DNA of 63,996 nt, counting the filler, from Dimargaris cristalligena (lineage: Eukaryota): the NCBI GenBank assembly GCA_003614675.1. It is 4 parts of 4 records of this genome, joined end to end, with 100 filler letters (N's around TTAATTAATTAA, not from the genome) between each part and the next. Parts side by side here need not be neighbours in the genome. Positions count along the whole stretch, not along the records: positions 49,089 to 63,996 come from ML002924.1; 3 more parts are not named here. One strand, 5' to 3'. Shown here one piece after another: positions 49,170-63,470 of the stretch. The position numbers were made by a program, and so were the translations under genes. Numbering within the stretch: position 1 is the first letter of the stretch; every line of letters starts with the position of its first letter. The notes below the pieces were generated by a model that had not been told where the DNA came from, ran no database searches, and saw only the letters and a list, made by a program, of their open reading frames with translations.

Positions 49170-52100
49170 AGGATTTGAGTTCAGTTCTTTATACTGGTCA
49201 GGTGATTTGGTCTGCTGGCTACCTGATGGCTGTGTCCAGTTCATCTTGCGCAAGGACTTCCAAGTCAAGTTGCATGGGTATAATATTGAATTGGGTGAAA
49301 TTGAAAACATGGCAACATTGGTGGATGGGGTATCCAACACAGTAGCATGTGTCACTCAAAAGCAACTCATACTGTATGTGGTACTTGTGGGTGTTGATAT
49401 CTCGATTCTGCACCACCAATTGGCTTATAAGTTGCCCCCATATATGGTCCCCAATTTTATCACTACCTTGGATCATATCCCATTGACTGTGGTAGGTAAG
49501 GCAGATCGGAAGGTGCTACAGGCCCTGCCATTACCCACCATTGATCTTGATATAACACCTGAAACCGGGAACTACTCCTTGGTGTTTTCACTTATGCAGG
49601 AAGCCCTGACCAGTACCCTTAATATAGAACCCCAGTGGGTAATACCTACTAGCTCTTTCCTTCAACTCGGTGGTGATTCCATCTCAGCTATTCAGTTCTC
49701 CAACTGGTGTAAACATCTTGACCTGCACCTTTTGGTGGCTGATATTCTTAAGAACCCACAGCTTTTGGCCATGGAGCAACATGCCCACCTCATAGTTTTA
49801 GATGATGAACTACCTGCTGAGTACCTAGATCCAGTTGGACCTGTGCCCTTTACTGCTGTTCAAGGCTATGCCTTGGAGGAGTACCAATTTATTAACCAAT
49901 TTAACCAGTCCATATTAACCCAGTGTCACCAAGTACTGTCTCAAGAGACCATTCGATCTGCCTTAACAGCTCTCTTTACCCATCATGACATGCTGTGGGT
50001 CCAACTCACACATATCAAAGACCATTGGCATCAGCAGGTTCTGTCCGCTCCAGTTGACTCTCCAGGCTGGCTGGACCACTTTGTGGTCATGGAAGCAGTG
50101 ACAATTACTCAGGACCAATACCCCACTTGGGTTAGCCAAATGCAACAGAAGATTTCCATTGAATGTGGCCCTATCCTGGGCTGCAGTCTGTCAATACTCG
50201 ATGGCCAACAGCATCTCTACCTCACCATCCATCACTTTATGGTGGATTTCATTTCCTGGTGCATTATCCTTGAGGACCTGGAGGCCTTACTCACTAATCA
50301 ACCCCTGCCCGGCAAAACTACACCATTCCGAGAGTGGGCTACTAGGATCCACGCCTATAGCCAGACCTTATTTGACTCAGTGTGGCCCGATGTTTCCCCA
50401 TTCGATACCGCCCAGGGTATTCCCCTAGACTACCGACTCCCACCACCCAACGAATTCGGGGAACACCCACCGGTCACCTATCACTCGGCCCAGTTTATTC
50501 GAACTGCATTAGGCTGCCCATTATCTGAGGATCTGTACGCTAAGATAGCCCCTGCTGCAGGAGTATCAACTCAGGAGTTTCTTGTGGCACCTTTGCTACT
50601 CGCTCTTCAATCCACATTTAACATTTTCAAGGTGAAGTTGGAAATGGAGGGACATGGTCGTCGGCCCTGGGACCCATCGATTGATATATCACGGACCGTG
50701 GGCTGGTTTACTTCCATTTATCCTGTGGAATTTGATCTTACTCGCCAGCACGATTTTTCGTATGTCAGATCCAATTTAGAAGTGCTTGCTTTGACCAAAC
50801 AGCGACTCAGGTCGGTCCCTAACCACGGCCTTCCCTATAGTCTCATTCGCTACCTCAAGGGCTTACCATCGTATACAACACCCTATTCCAACCAAGAGGC
50901 CCAGGGTATTGCACCAGCATCCTTTACAAACTGGAACCACATCGTTTTTAATTACTCGGGGCGGCTTGAGAACCTCGAGTCTCCTGATGCGTTCTGGCAA
51001 GCTCAGAATATGAATGCCGATTGGACGGACGATTGGAGTAAAAATGAGCAGTTTAACCGGGTCCTCAGTGTAGCATGTGACTATGATGCCAAAAATGGGC
51101 TGATACTCAGTGTAACATTCTCCAATGAATTGCACCACCTGAGCACCATTCAGAAATTAGTCGACAGTTGGCGGGTAATCCTCAAGAACCTCATCCATGC
51201 ATGCCATTCTAACGAGGCACCTTCCATTGTCACCACTAGTGACTTCCCCCTTGTATGCCTGGCTGAGGGTGATTTCACCAAGGTAGTTGAAAACGAACTA
51301 CCTCCCTTAAAACTCACCACCGCAGATATTGAAGATATATATACCTGTTTGCCACTCCAAGAGGGCTTGCTGTTCGTCACTTTACAGGACCATTCCGCCT
51401 ACATGGTCCAGCTGACATTCACGATTAGCGGTAGTCTAGATATCCCTCGGTTCCAATGGGCGTGGATCCAAGCAGCGGATGTGCATACCATCCTGTGGAC
51501 CCGATTCATTATGGGGGCCGGTAGCCAGGCAAACCAGAACCTCCAGGTCGTGACCAAATCTTTCCATCCCCAGTGGATCATTGGAGACTGGCAAGGCGGT
51601 GATATTTCGACCCTTGAGACCCACCATATCCTGAGCGAACGACTGGCTGGCTTCCCCCCACAGGAGCCTATGGTACGGCTGGGCTTATTCCAAATTGACA
51701 ACCAACGGCACAGGTTTATCATATTGGTCCACCACACCATTCTGGATGGGTGGTCTAATGGCCCCTTAATCAACTCCGTGTTGCAGTACTATAGTGAACG
51801 GACTCCAGCCGCGGCCCCCCACCTGCCTTTCAAGGATTTTTTGACCCATGTGTTGGCCAAGGACCAGGAAACCGCCCGATCCTTTTGGGCTGACCAGTTT
51901 GCCGATGTGGAGGCCCCGAGTCTGCTGACCGAACTCCACCACCAACTTGCTGGGGATATTCACCCCAATGACCCCGAGTATTACAGCCGAGTCTTGGGGA
52001 CCATCAGCAACCTGACATCAGTAGAGAACTTCGCCCGAAATTTGGGAGTCACCATGTCTTCCGTGCTTCGGGCCAGCCTGGCTGCTGTCCTACAGCGCTA

Positions 52101-54436
52101 TACTGGATCGGATAACCCCGTCTTTGGTTCAATTGTCTCTGGCCGGAACGTGCCCTTAGATGGTATTGAGAACATGGTGGGACTGTGTATTAACACAGTG
52201 CCTTGCTGCATCCCACTCGGAACTAACCTTTCCGTACAGCAAGTCCTCCAGAATGTTCATGCTAACAGTGTGGCCATGTATGATTATAAGCACTGTCGCT
52301 TGACGGATATCCACCGCTGGAGTGGTCTGAGTTCCGAACAGCCCCTTTTCAATATACTCTTTCTCCTGGAGAATTACCCCGAACCCCCTGCCGACCCCAC
52401 TTTGCCCATTCAGATTGAGGTTTCGGGGGGCTGGGATCCCACGGACTATGCTTTAACCATTGCCGCGTACACCGATGGTGTCAAATTGAAGTACAACCTA
52501 ACCTACCGTCGCTTAGATTTTGGGGACACGTTTGCAGCACGGTTTGCCGACCATTTCTCCCAGGCTGTTAGGTCAATGGTTAATTTAGACCCACTTACCA
52601 GTTTTGGTGGTGTTGAGCTATTCTCAGAGACTGAACGCCAGCAACTGTTGCACTTATTCGCCACCAATGACCTACCGCTTCCAAGTGAGCCTGTGCACGC
52701 CTCCTTCCAGCGACTAGCCCAGTCGGACCCTGACCTTATCGCCCTAGTGCAGGGGAACCATTGGTTTACCTATGCTCAACTAAATGCTGCCACCGACCGC
52801 CTGGCTGATACCATCAAACAAGTGGCTGATTGTGGCCCTGATCGTATCATTGCCATTCTGGCTAATCAGTCCGTTGAACTAATCATTTGTCAACTAGCCG
52901 TCTGGAAATCTGGGGCGGCTTTTGTCTGCCTTGTACCTGAATACCCCACCGATCGTAAACACTTTATTCTCAATGATACCCAGAGTATTGCTCTATTGGG
53001 ACGACCGGAATATCTTGGTGATTGGGAAGACATTCCAGTCCCCACAGTTCCCGTGGATGGCATTGCCCTGCTGAATGATACCCAACCTACACCAACAGGG
53101 TATGCAACTGTTAGTCCCTTGAGCCTGGCCTATGTGGTATATACCTCTGGCTCCACGGGGACCCCCAAAGGAGTCATGATTGAACAAAGGTGCAATATCC
53201 AGTTTTATACGGGGAATTGGTGCAGGCCTTTTCGTTGAGCGGGGTATGATCGTACCTGTTATGGCTACCCCTACCTTTGACCTATCCATTCTTGAAGTCT
53301 GGTCTACTCTGTCCTTTGGTGGTACATCATTGATCCACACCGACGATTTTGAAGCGACTCTACACCAGGCTACCTAGGCCTACATGGTACCATCGCTCCT
53401 AAGTAGCTTTAACCCAAGTGATTTTCCTCAGCTTAAACGGGTAGTGGTCGGAAGGGATGTTGTCACCCCCAGTACCGTCCAAATCTGGGGAGCTGCGGTG
53501 GATCTTATCAATATGTATGGCCCAACGGAGTGTACTATCGCCACCCACTATACTCGACTTTTGCCCAATTATGCTATTTCCATCAGTAGCCCTGCCACCA
53601 ATGCCACCGGCTTCATTCTTGACTCCCAATTACGGCCTGTGCCCATTGGGGCCATTGGTCAACTATATCTGGGGGGCACGGGGGTGGCCCGAGGCTACCT
53701 TAACCAACCCAAACTTACCCAGGAGAAGTTCATCACTTACCCCTTGGCGGGTGAGTGTATTTACCAATCTGGTGATTTGGCACGCTGGCTACCCAACGGC
53801 CAGGTTGAATACCTGGGCCGGATTGACAACCAGGTCAAACTGCGTGGGTTCCGAATCGAACTTGGGGAAATCGAAAGTGCCCTGGAAGGCCACCCCTCGG
53901 TAGAGCAGGCGTGCGTAATAGTTCAGGAGAACACCCATTTAGTGGGTTACATTGTTCCCCCAACGGGCCAAACAGCCGCCATTTTGGATTCACTGCGGGC
54001 CCGACTCCCGCCTTACATGATCCCCTCCGTCCTTGTGGAGCTTTTGACCTGGCCCCTGACCCATGTGGGTAAAGTCGATCGGAAGGTCCTGCCCAAGTAT
54101 GATTTTACATTCGGTGCATCGGTTAGTGCTGCGCAGGAGTATACTCAGGCCGAAGCACAGTTGGTTTCCTTGGTGGCCGAAGTGCTTGGTGTTGAGTCAT
54201 CAGCAGTTCCTTTGGGTGGTACATTCTTCCAGATTGGAGGTAACTCCCTCACAGCTATCCAGTTAGTATCTCGCTGTCGCCACCTGAACCTGAACTTGAC
54301 ATTGGCTGATATCAACCGTCAAAATACCATCTCTCATTTAGCGAAGCTGGCTGCGGCCCAATCAGCCTCCGTCGATGTCTCCTTTGATTTCATTGAAGAT
54401 GGATACGAATCATCCCTGGAAGCCATATATCCATAG
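49170..54436 (+). pseudogene. Intronless NRPS fragment: A(C-terminal part)-T-E-C-A-T, with a frameshift (~53190) and an in-frame TAG (53375-53377)
   Basis: T GGDSISA; E HHFMVDFISW, EGHGR, RTVGWFTS; C HHTILDGWS; A YTSGSTGTPKG, NMYGPTE, GRIDNQVKLRGFRIELGEIE; T GGNSLTA. Confidence 0.92.
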
Positions 54437-55451
54437 TTTATTTATTTATTTTTATTGTAGGCTACTTCTACTATATAGTATTTACTTTGTCTCCCCCACC
54501 AATATCCTATTCCCTTTCACACCACCCCTTCGTTTTTTAGCATGAGGGGATTATCAGGCATTCCAATTTTCATTATATAACCAAATATATCCCAAGCGAT
54601 CGCTATCCCAAGTCCCCCTTACCTAAGGTATTACAATGTATCACTTCGCCGATTTGTTCCCACTTGTCTGCCAGGAAAACCTATATTATTCCTTTTGAAT
54701 ATCAATAAACAAGCCATATATTTGGCCATAGGGCGAATCTATATAACCACGGATATGTTAATGAAATCAGTAAGTCAAAAGACATCTGGCATGGAAAACG
54801 TTCAAGCGAACATGCAATAGGAACTGGGAAGAGAGAAATGCAGTAATGAAGGGGCTAGATCTGGCAGTATAGCTGATGGGGAACTGTAGAGCACAAGTTA
54901 CAATTGTGTGACCAAAGATACGGCTGGTTTGAATGAGAAAAGGCATCTCGCCGTCTGCCATTTTCTGGGGTAAGTCGCCACTGGCGAATACACCACGATT
55001 ATAAATGCAGTAGCATCGTCCTCATATTAATTTGCCTCAGAGCGGTGTGATCCATTGAGGCCATAATAGGGGAGAGCCCCCCCCCCCTTCAGCCCAATTA
55101 TAAAACAACGATTACTTTTCCTGTCAATTTTCAGGGGTGCCTTACTTTCTAACTCCAAAATGGTGGTGCTGAACACCACCCATCTTTTTTCATTAGACTC
55201 TTCCTCACTTTAGTACACGATACGCAGTTGCTTATAGTAAATCCCTCCCTGATAATTTTAAGAGCTGTGGATTCTGTATAATATCCGACTCGCCACTACC
55301 CTAGAGCAGACTCCTATAATTCGACAGATAAATCACAAACTAGTATATTTAAATAAGAAATCATGGTTAACATGGATTATAACAACGAGCGGTATCACCA
55401 AAATTATTCACTTGGGTTTATAAAGCGTGCGAGTTTGGCGCTTAGGCTGGT

Positions 55452-56729
55452 TTAATCTGCTACAGTCTTGATATCACACACTTGCCACATGTACCAGGCG
55501 GCCACACTGCGGTACGGTTTCCACTGTTCGGCAAGGGAGATGAGATCCTCTGGCGTGGTGCCCGCTTTTCGTTTGCCCTTCGACTCGGCGGGCAAGTCAA
55601 AATGGAGGCGCATTCCTTTACGAACCCCAAAGTCCAGCACTGGGAATACGTCGAGTCGTTTGAGGTAGAAGATAAGGAACATGTCCACCGTCCACTAACC
55701 ACACAGGCAATTGAGGGAATGGCGGTCCGGTATAATTGTAAGGGTTATCAGAATATTAGTGTTAGTTCAAGATGTGAATCCGGTTAGACTGGTATTTGAT
55801 ATAGAATGCTATCGATGCTTAATTTGAGCTGCCCATTTCTTCCCCACACACACATATTTATATATATATACTAGTGTTGCACGTCAATTTAGTAATATAA
55901 GCATCTACATCACACGTCTCCCAATATTGTAACAGCTTACCTGGCCAATGCCCTTGACCCGGCACAGCAGCTTAGAAATCTCCGCGTCGCTCATATCAAC
56001 CAGAGTGACGGGATTAATTTCCCCTGAATTGAAGCGCTCGGCCAAATCCAGGATATAGGTCGCTTTACGCTCCGACAGCCCAGCGGGACGGAGGTCGGCC
56101 ACGGTCATACGGGCCACCTGTTCGAAGGCGGGGAAGTTATCTTCCCCCTCGGACCACCGGTCCTCGTTGCCTTGGGCATTCAATCCATCGTCTTTAGTGG
56201 GGAGAGAACCGTCGCCTGCCGGTGGTTGGAACAGTTCGATAAACCGCCGGCAAATCGACGCAGCGGCCTTCCCGTGGATCTGTTGGTAAATGATTGACTT
56301 GGCCAACGAAGCAAACACGGTCGGCTGGCGCTTACCCGCCTCTAAAGGGCCAAACACATGGCTAGGTGTCTTTCGTGCAATATGGGCCACCAGTTTGGGG
56401 TCAGCGGTGGACAAGTGAGCTAGGGCAGCCGTGAGTAATGCAGAGTCCTCCCCACTCTTCGCTTTAACACTAGGGGTGGGGGTCGACAATACAGGTATCA
56501 CGACAGTTACGGTGGACCCGGAATGTGCCGAAGGCTTGGGCTTAAGGGAGCGAGTCTTCAGAGGCCGGGGGCTGACTGCGGATTTCTTAACCTTAGGTGC
56601 TGCGGGTATTTCTGTGGATTTGGCGCGCTTGGGTTTGGGTGCTGCCTTCAGAACCGGTGAGTTGGAGGAGAGAGACGAGGGGCTCATGGGGAGAGCCTGG
56701 GCCAAACGGGTGCTGCGGCGCAGGGACAT
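55452..56729 (-). CDS. MAG1: DNA-3-methyladenine glycosylase (HhH-GPD, AlkA/Mag1 family), exons 56729-55941 and 55694-55452
   Basis: SIIYQQIHGKAA, GLSERKA.YI, VKGIGQ|WTVDMFL, PVLDFGVRKG, WKPYRSVAAWYMW. Confidence 0.9.
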
Positions 56730-57580
56730 GGGCGATGCTGAGGTTGCTCTGCAGTAATGCGAGAAGGGAGGTGGGTAATGAAACGAGGGGCGAGTCCAAA
56801 TGACTTATTATAAAAATACTAAAAATGACAAACTGGTATCAAGGCAAGTGGCAAAGGTGCCTTCTTTATTCTCTAGACTTACAACAATAGTTGGCCTTTC
56901 CAGACTTAGCAGAGTCCTGTTTCGAGACGCCGCAGTTCCTGGGGGGAGTGGCTACTGTATGGCGGCTGGCTCATAAAAGGCCTTAACCAGATTTAGTGGC
57001 GTGGTGTATTAGGTAAGCCCCACTACTTCCTTCAAATAGTCACCAGCTCTCTTGGTAAAGCTAACCGTGGTTCCCTACTTGGAGAACTGGCAAAACCGGG
57101 GATGTTACCCGTGTACTGAATATTAGGCTATGAGATCAATTTGCGAGTAATAATATTTCATTTCATTTACTATAGACGGACGGGGGAATCTGTTACCCGA
57201 CTATTGGGTAGCCCAAGTCCTGAAGTAGGGCACTCAAGTACCTTTTACCATGTGTTCAGCTCCTATACAGAATGGCTCATTGAGTCGTGGTATCTGATAG
57301 AACTGACTAAAGTTAGGGTGGCCGAAGGAATCGGCTACTGCTCCTTGTGGTGAGGCGCCGACCAGTCAATATGACTTAGCCTACTTAGTGGTGGTGGTGT
57401 TATCTATCATAGAGACCCCATTCCATACCCGGTGGGGGTTACATTTAGTCTGGCTAGAAATTCGATCGTCCCTCCAGGCCCTTCCTTATATTGTAGACCG
57501 TCTTGAATCAGCCTCGCTTAACAATACCTTATCCATTTTATCCACTCTTTCCTTTTCCAGCCCCATACTATTCTGACACC

Positions 57581-59146
57581 ATGCTGCTTACCGCATTCGC
57601 CCGGCCGGCGACTCTTCTCCGTCACTATCCGGCCCGCCTCCTGCCCCGTTGGTCCCGGGCGACTTTCACAAGTCAGGCCGACAATGCCGTTCCTGCCCCG
57701 GTTCGGTCTCCCGCCGAGATCGCCACCCGTTCGGCCTGTCTGCAATTGGTCCTGGCCCGCTGGGGAATGGAAATGGCCTTGAAAATGGGCCACGGCAACG
57801 GTAAGTAGACAATTATTACCCCAATGTATTTATACCTCCACCCTGCGGCTCATTTGTCGTAGGGCTAAAACTGTAGCCTAAGGCCATGGTTGATTTTTAC
57901 TAATACAGGGCGGTATTCTATTACTTTGAAACGGTATAGTCAAAACAACGGCTACTAACAGTAATTGACATGGTCTATCTTACTTGTATTACTAATGGAA
58001 ACTTACAGAGGAGACTAAATCGCAAGCTCTAACCAATATTTCTTTGGCTGCTCAGGAATCAATTATTCAAGCGAATTTGTCTGGCCATGTAAGCAGTGTT
58101 CTCTTCGAGGATTAGTTAACATATCATAGCGGATGTGCCATTCATCAGGATGTCCGTTTATATTCCGATCCAACTGCTGTACCCATCACTCCATCTAACC
58201 TCAATCGATTGATATACGCCTACCTCAACCCCCCCCCACACACCCTAACCACTCCACCCAGGAAAAACTACTTATGCTTAAGGAAGATGGCGAATGGAAC
58301 CTCGAGGACCTCCACTGCCATGGTCACTGGGAATCCCTCGGCATTTTACTCTGGACCCTCGCGCGCGTGAAAGACATCCCGCCCTACTACGAAATGTTTT
58401 CCCGGCCCCAGCTTTTCAATGCCACGGGGATCCAGCCCGCCAAACCCATCACTATCCACAATTTCATTTCAAGCGCCGAACAGCACTACCAACCGCGACC
58501 GACCGCGCAATTTCACGAAGCGGTGAACAAGGCGGAGGCCTGGTACTGGCGGGCCCATGCACAAAGGCTGCTGCAAACTAGAGAACAGTTGGGCCTGGAT
58601 GGAGAAAACCCCTCGGGCTCGGATCCCTCCGCGCCTTCCTCTACGTCAGCACCGGAACCCGCGTCCGCATCAACCCGACTGGAATCCTCCCCTACTATGG
58701 CCGCCAACCCGACTGAACGCACCCGCCTTCCCCGTAGTTTCCTCAAGTTCCTAAAGGGACTGCCTCATGCCATCGACCAGGCCTCCGACCTCGCCCTTGA
58801 ACACCACTTCATCGCCGCCAAAACTGACGGTGACTTCGGGGTCGAAAGTGGGGCTCTCTACGGCAATCTTGGCCATCCCCAACATAACATCCCGCTTAAT
58901 GACGACGGCAGTGCCATGGAAATCCCGCCTACTTGGATGCCTTACAAGCAAATTGACGACAGCGGCCATTTCTTGCTAAGTGATATTGCGCAGCATCGGA
59001 TGCTGGCCTTTGGGTGGTTGGCTGGTCGAGTAACTGATTGGGATACCGATAAAACGCAACTACCCAACGTAAATCCGGTGTCTTCTCTATGGGCGCCATT
59101 TAATGAACTGGAAGTCGAGAAAGGGGAAGGTGAAGATAAGGAGTAA
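57581..59146 (+). CDS. DUF4272-like protein with a mitochondrial-type presequence; exons 57581-57800, 58009-58088, 58262-59146
   Basis: Phases join (220+80 nt); motifs WESLGILLWTL, AWYWRA, QHRMLAFGWL..WD; Arg-rich N terminus. Confidence 0.65.
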
Positions 59147-62065
59147 CTCTCTCTCCCCCACCTCACTACCCTCATAGCTACACGTATACATGCACATATA
59201 TTTCATTTTTCTTCACCCTTACGTATGGAAGCAAAATGTGAACGGTCTGCCCATGTCGCACACACGTTTCCAACGTAGCCTATTTGTGCATAAAGTAAAT
59301 TGATTTTAATAAACCTCTTGGGGTAAATCAATAGCCAGGATAATACAACTAGATGGGGGAGGGGGTTTATACACTCCCCTCTTTCGTCTCATTAAACTCC
59401 GGAATGGTGAAACCGTCCGCCTCGTAGTACTCTGGACTATGGGGAGAAGGGATTGGTGGTGCATTATCCGATGAAGAATGGGGAGGAAATATGCACATTT
59501 TCATCCAGTCTTTTCCGGCGGGTTTGGTGCCTGCCAAGTCGGTATCACCATGCAACCAGGCTATCGAAGGAGAAAATGCGAGAAAAAGTGTATGGAAAAG
59601 GAATAAAATAAGCCGACGAGCAAGTGATTGGCTCGGAATGCACACTAGTGAATGGGTATTCTCGGCTTATTTTGGCCATCAATTGTTGGACGAGTCGACA
59701 TAAGGTACTACGAAACCATAGATGGAAGACTACCAACACTCCGTGGGCTGACGTTTCCCGTTCTGCCATTACCCCTTTAATGGTATGTGGTATGAGCGGT
59801 GTTGCCGTCGACGGCGGCGGTGTCTGAGACGAATGAGAAGAATGATAAATGAATGTTCTCGAGTTTTTGTCATACAGATCAAATTGGGAGTAAAAGGCTT
59901 GAGAAGAGTAGTGAACGGAATGCAGCTGTCAACGCTAAAAGATAATGTGTAATATTAGAAAAAAAATCGAACTGGGATTGGCTAGATACGCCCCCCAAGG
60001 CGTACATGTGCGAGGGAAAGTGTAGCTGCTTCACTTCCCATTGAGGAGGCTTTAAGTAAATGGCATCCCTTATATTGACGGGTCTAGTGGAGAAAATGAA
60101 TATTTGCAAAAAAATAATTGATAATCTAATTTTGGTAAATGAAGCTGTATCATTTATTGTACTATTGGGGTATTTCCGTAGCCATGGGGAATTCGCTGGA
60201 TTTAAATGGGCAAAAATTTGGCACTTTGGTGTCCCTTTTGCTAGCTTACATACAGCATGTATCCAAGCTAATCCATTCGACTCGCTGACAAGAAAGCTTG
60301 ACGAATCTCATGGGGTTTGGCGGGGAAGAATTCATTGAGTTCGTCGTTCTCTTATCTAAATGAACCTTTAAATAACGGGGATACTCTCATTGGGAACGCT
60401 TTCACTTCGTCTAACTAAACCCCCCACCTCTTTTTATTAATTAATCCCCTACCTTATACATTAATCTGCAGTCAAATAGGAAAGGGTAACCGCGACGGAG
60501 TTGACTATACAGTACCATTGTACCACCACTTCGATACCTACAGGCTTTAGTGATTTGATGAGCGATTCCCCATTTGGTGGATTGTTCGCTGGTCACGATA
60601 ACGGGAACTTACAAGAACATTGTCTAATATTCGCATAAAATTTAAAGAGTACAATAGTCCCTTTGATTTACGGAATTTAATAGAACAAAATTGGGGCATG
60701 ACAAGTTACACCGTTCTCATCATATTGGGTCATAGGTCCACTCAGTTTGATCTGCGGCTGGCCTACCACTTCCACTTTGACTAACGATATAAATCTGCTG
60801 AATTGAGACAACCAAATTCAATGATACATCCAATCTACGGGTAAAACGGGGAACGGCTTGGTTTTTTGAAACAGTCTCGTTAAGAAAAAATATCTGAGAT
60901 TGGTATATAATCAGAATAATGTGGTTGCAACCGACCTACTCCTGAAGCGTATTTCGAAAATATTTAAATTAAAGCTTGAGGATCATTTGGGTTGAAAATA
61001 CAGTTGTTGTGTGCGTAGTCGGTGTACTGATAGACTATTCGCTGGGATGGGGAGTAGATTGCCTGACCGGATCAAGCAATCGAGTCCAATAAGGGGTAAC
61101 GCTGGGCTATGGCCCAGCTACGAATCTTAGTGAGTGTATGGAGCACCTCTTCCTAACGAATGAGTGTTTCGAAGAAACCGCCTTTCTGTCGGACAAGAAT
61201 GCTTCCTTCCCAATGGGAACACTCTTTTAACTCTAGTCAGGGTGTTACATTTATATATTGGCCTTTCAAACACTCAATAGAAATCTAGAGAGAGAGAGTC
61301 CGGTATACTTATTTCATACATTTTTTTATAACCGACGAATCCGTCAACGTCAATTGATTCCTTTTTGAGCAGACTGTGTTACAAGAAAAAGATGTAGAGA
61401 GAAAGTTAAGGATAAATCCGCCCTATAATATATTAGTTAACGGCAGCCCCGGCAAATCGGGGGGGGGGGTTTGTTGCATTTATCGGTCGGGGCCGGTAAA
61501 TAATACGTCGTAATGGATATTGTAATATAGTGCCTTTTGCATTGCTCGAACTGAGAACTTAAGGTCAACGATGACGATCTTTCTACCGCTATAGGCCCTT
61601 TCAGGCCTCCGCCCTGGGGTCCCGGCGCAGGCGCGAAGGAGGTCTATAGATTAGAAAACACTATCCACATATAATCGCCTTTCATATTACTCAAGACCAC
61701 CCGGCGCCTGTGTAGCCTAATCGGTGGCGGTAATTTGCGAGGAATATAGTAGAGGATATCTCAAACGGGGATGCTCTCGTTCTTTGGTTGAGCCACAGGT
61801 ACCCGTCGGTCACCCTCCGGGCACTCGGCCAACTTTGGCAGCTTCGATTAAATATAAAAGGCGATCATTGCCATCGGTAATTTCAAAGTGCTCTTCACTA
61901 CTAAATCTTCTTATACCGACTTTCGCTAAACATTTTCAGTCGAACCCCAGTCCGGTATCGCATTTATACCAATTGCCAGGTTATCTAAATCTCGCCCAGT
62001 CCATTACTTTGACCCGCCCGTCTATCCAAATCTAGCCTCCCCCCCCGCGCCCCCCACACGCCAGC

Positions 62066-62659
62066 ATGTCGTGTTGCTCTAAGCCACCCACCGTCGAGCC
62101 CAAGATCGAAGTCGGGGCCGTTGCCATTGCCGAGGCCGAGGCCGGCTGTGGTATGATGATGTATTTCAATGGTCAGATCAACGGTTTCTACCTTCTCTTT
62201 TCCTCCTGGACCATCGGTACTCCCGCCTCGCTCGCCCTGGCCTGCCTGGCCTGCTTTCTCATGGCCGTGGGCTACGAGCTATTTAAGCACTTGGTGCGCC
62301 GTGTAACCGCCCGCGTCGCTGCTCGTTGTGGCCGTAATCCTTCTCTTAATTCAGGACCGGATATGAAATCCCCCTGTTCGGCCGGTGGCCTCGATCAATC
62401 CCAAGCCGTGGAGCTGGGTCATAGTGGGGGGGGTTCGGTGAATGCCAACTCGACTCACCAACTGGGATGGTTTGATCCCCTCCACTTACTGCGCAGCTTC
62501 TTGTATGGGCTCCAGGTATGTTACGCCTTTGTGGTAATGTTGGTGGTCATGACGTACAACACCTATCTGGTGGCAGCGGTATGTCTGGGTGCCATGATCG
62601 GGACTTACTTATTCGGTCGGGATGAAACTGTCGGGTCTCAATCGGCCGCTTGCCACTAA
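62066..62659 (+). CDS. Ctr-family copper transporter
   Basis: MMMYF, three TM helices, MLVVM (MxxxM), GAMIG (GxxxG), C-terminal CH. Confidence 0.93.
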   Translation: MSCCSKPPTVEPKIEVGAVAIAEAEAGCGMMMYFNGQINGFYLLFSSWTIGTPASLALACLACFLMAVGYELFKHLVRRVTARVAARCGRNPSLNSGPDMKSPCSAGGLDQSQAVELGHSGGGSVNANSTHQLGWFDPLHLLRSFLYGLQVCYAFVVMLVVMTYNTYLVAAVCLGAMIGTYLFGRDETVGSQSAACH

Positions 62660-62941
62660 TAATTGAAAATGGTGGAGTAGATGAGGAAGGACTAGTCCAG
62701 CCGTATGGCGAGAAATCTGGTTGGCACTTATAATCTACTAAACCACCCCCCGCCTGTTTGGTATTTACTTTTGATTGAAAATTCTATATAACTGTGTTGA
62801 TATTCATACTTACCATTGCCATTTGCCTAATATTGCCATTCCCCAATAAATAAGCACATGTCATTTTGTTATTTACATAGATGGAAGCTAAATTACATGA
62901 CCTATAACATAATATAATAAATCTAAACCAATTATTACTAG

Positions 62942-63470
62942 TGTCGCCCAGGTTAACCACTCTTAGTCCATTAAGAGGCCTAAGGATAGGTTTCTAATGG
63001 TAGGCGGGGCTCAGACTCTGCTAAGTAGGCCACTAGCATTAGGTATGGATATGACACTAACTAATAAAGGCTACAAACTGCAGGTATAGGCAAGGGACGT
63101 GTAGCAGTACACTTACTAGTTAATACAAGGGTGGTGAATATATAGGGTTTATTAGGGTAAATCTGGTGGGGGGGGGTAAAAATAAGCTAAAGAATCTAAC
63201 CAGTCCCAATGGGGCCCAGTTATATATATGTGGGGGCAACTCCAGAGGGAGGCCCCGGAGGAAGAATACTACTAGGAATAAGGTATGGTAAAATAGGCCA
63301 CCTGGATGGCCATTAGGACCTGGAAGACTCAGATGGTAACTAGAAGAGTCTTTGGATCAGCACTTGAGTGATTAGTGTGAAGAGACAGAATTTGGAAGGG
63401 GAAGGGTTATATGATATAGGGGGATCCCATAGTACTAGGGGTGACCATGGGAAGGTTAATATGGTGTTAT
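62942..63470 (-). mobile_element. Family A LTR-like copy (truncated)
   Basis: tgtcgcccaggttaaccactcttagtcc.. matches the reverse complement of the 37434 end. Confidence 0.75.

Noticed and set aside
59367-59830. Short minus-strand ORFs with a possible intron
   Set aside because: No consistent gene model or recognisable domain.
61360-61550. GCTC-containing motifs upstream of the Ctr gene (possible Mac1/Cuf1 sites)
   Set aside because: No full TTTGCTC consensus; matches this short are expected by chance.
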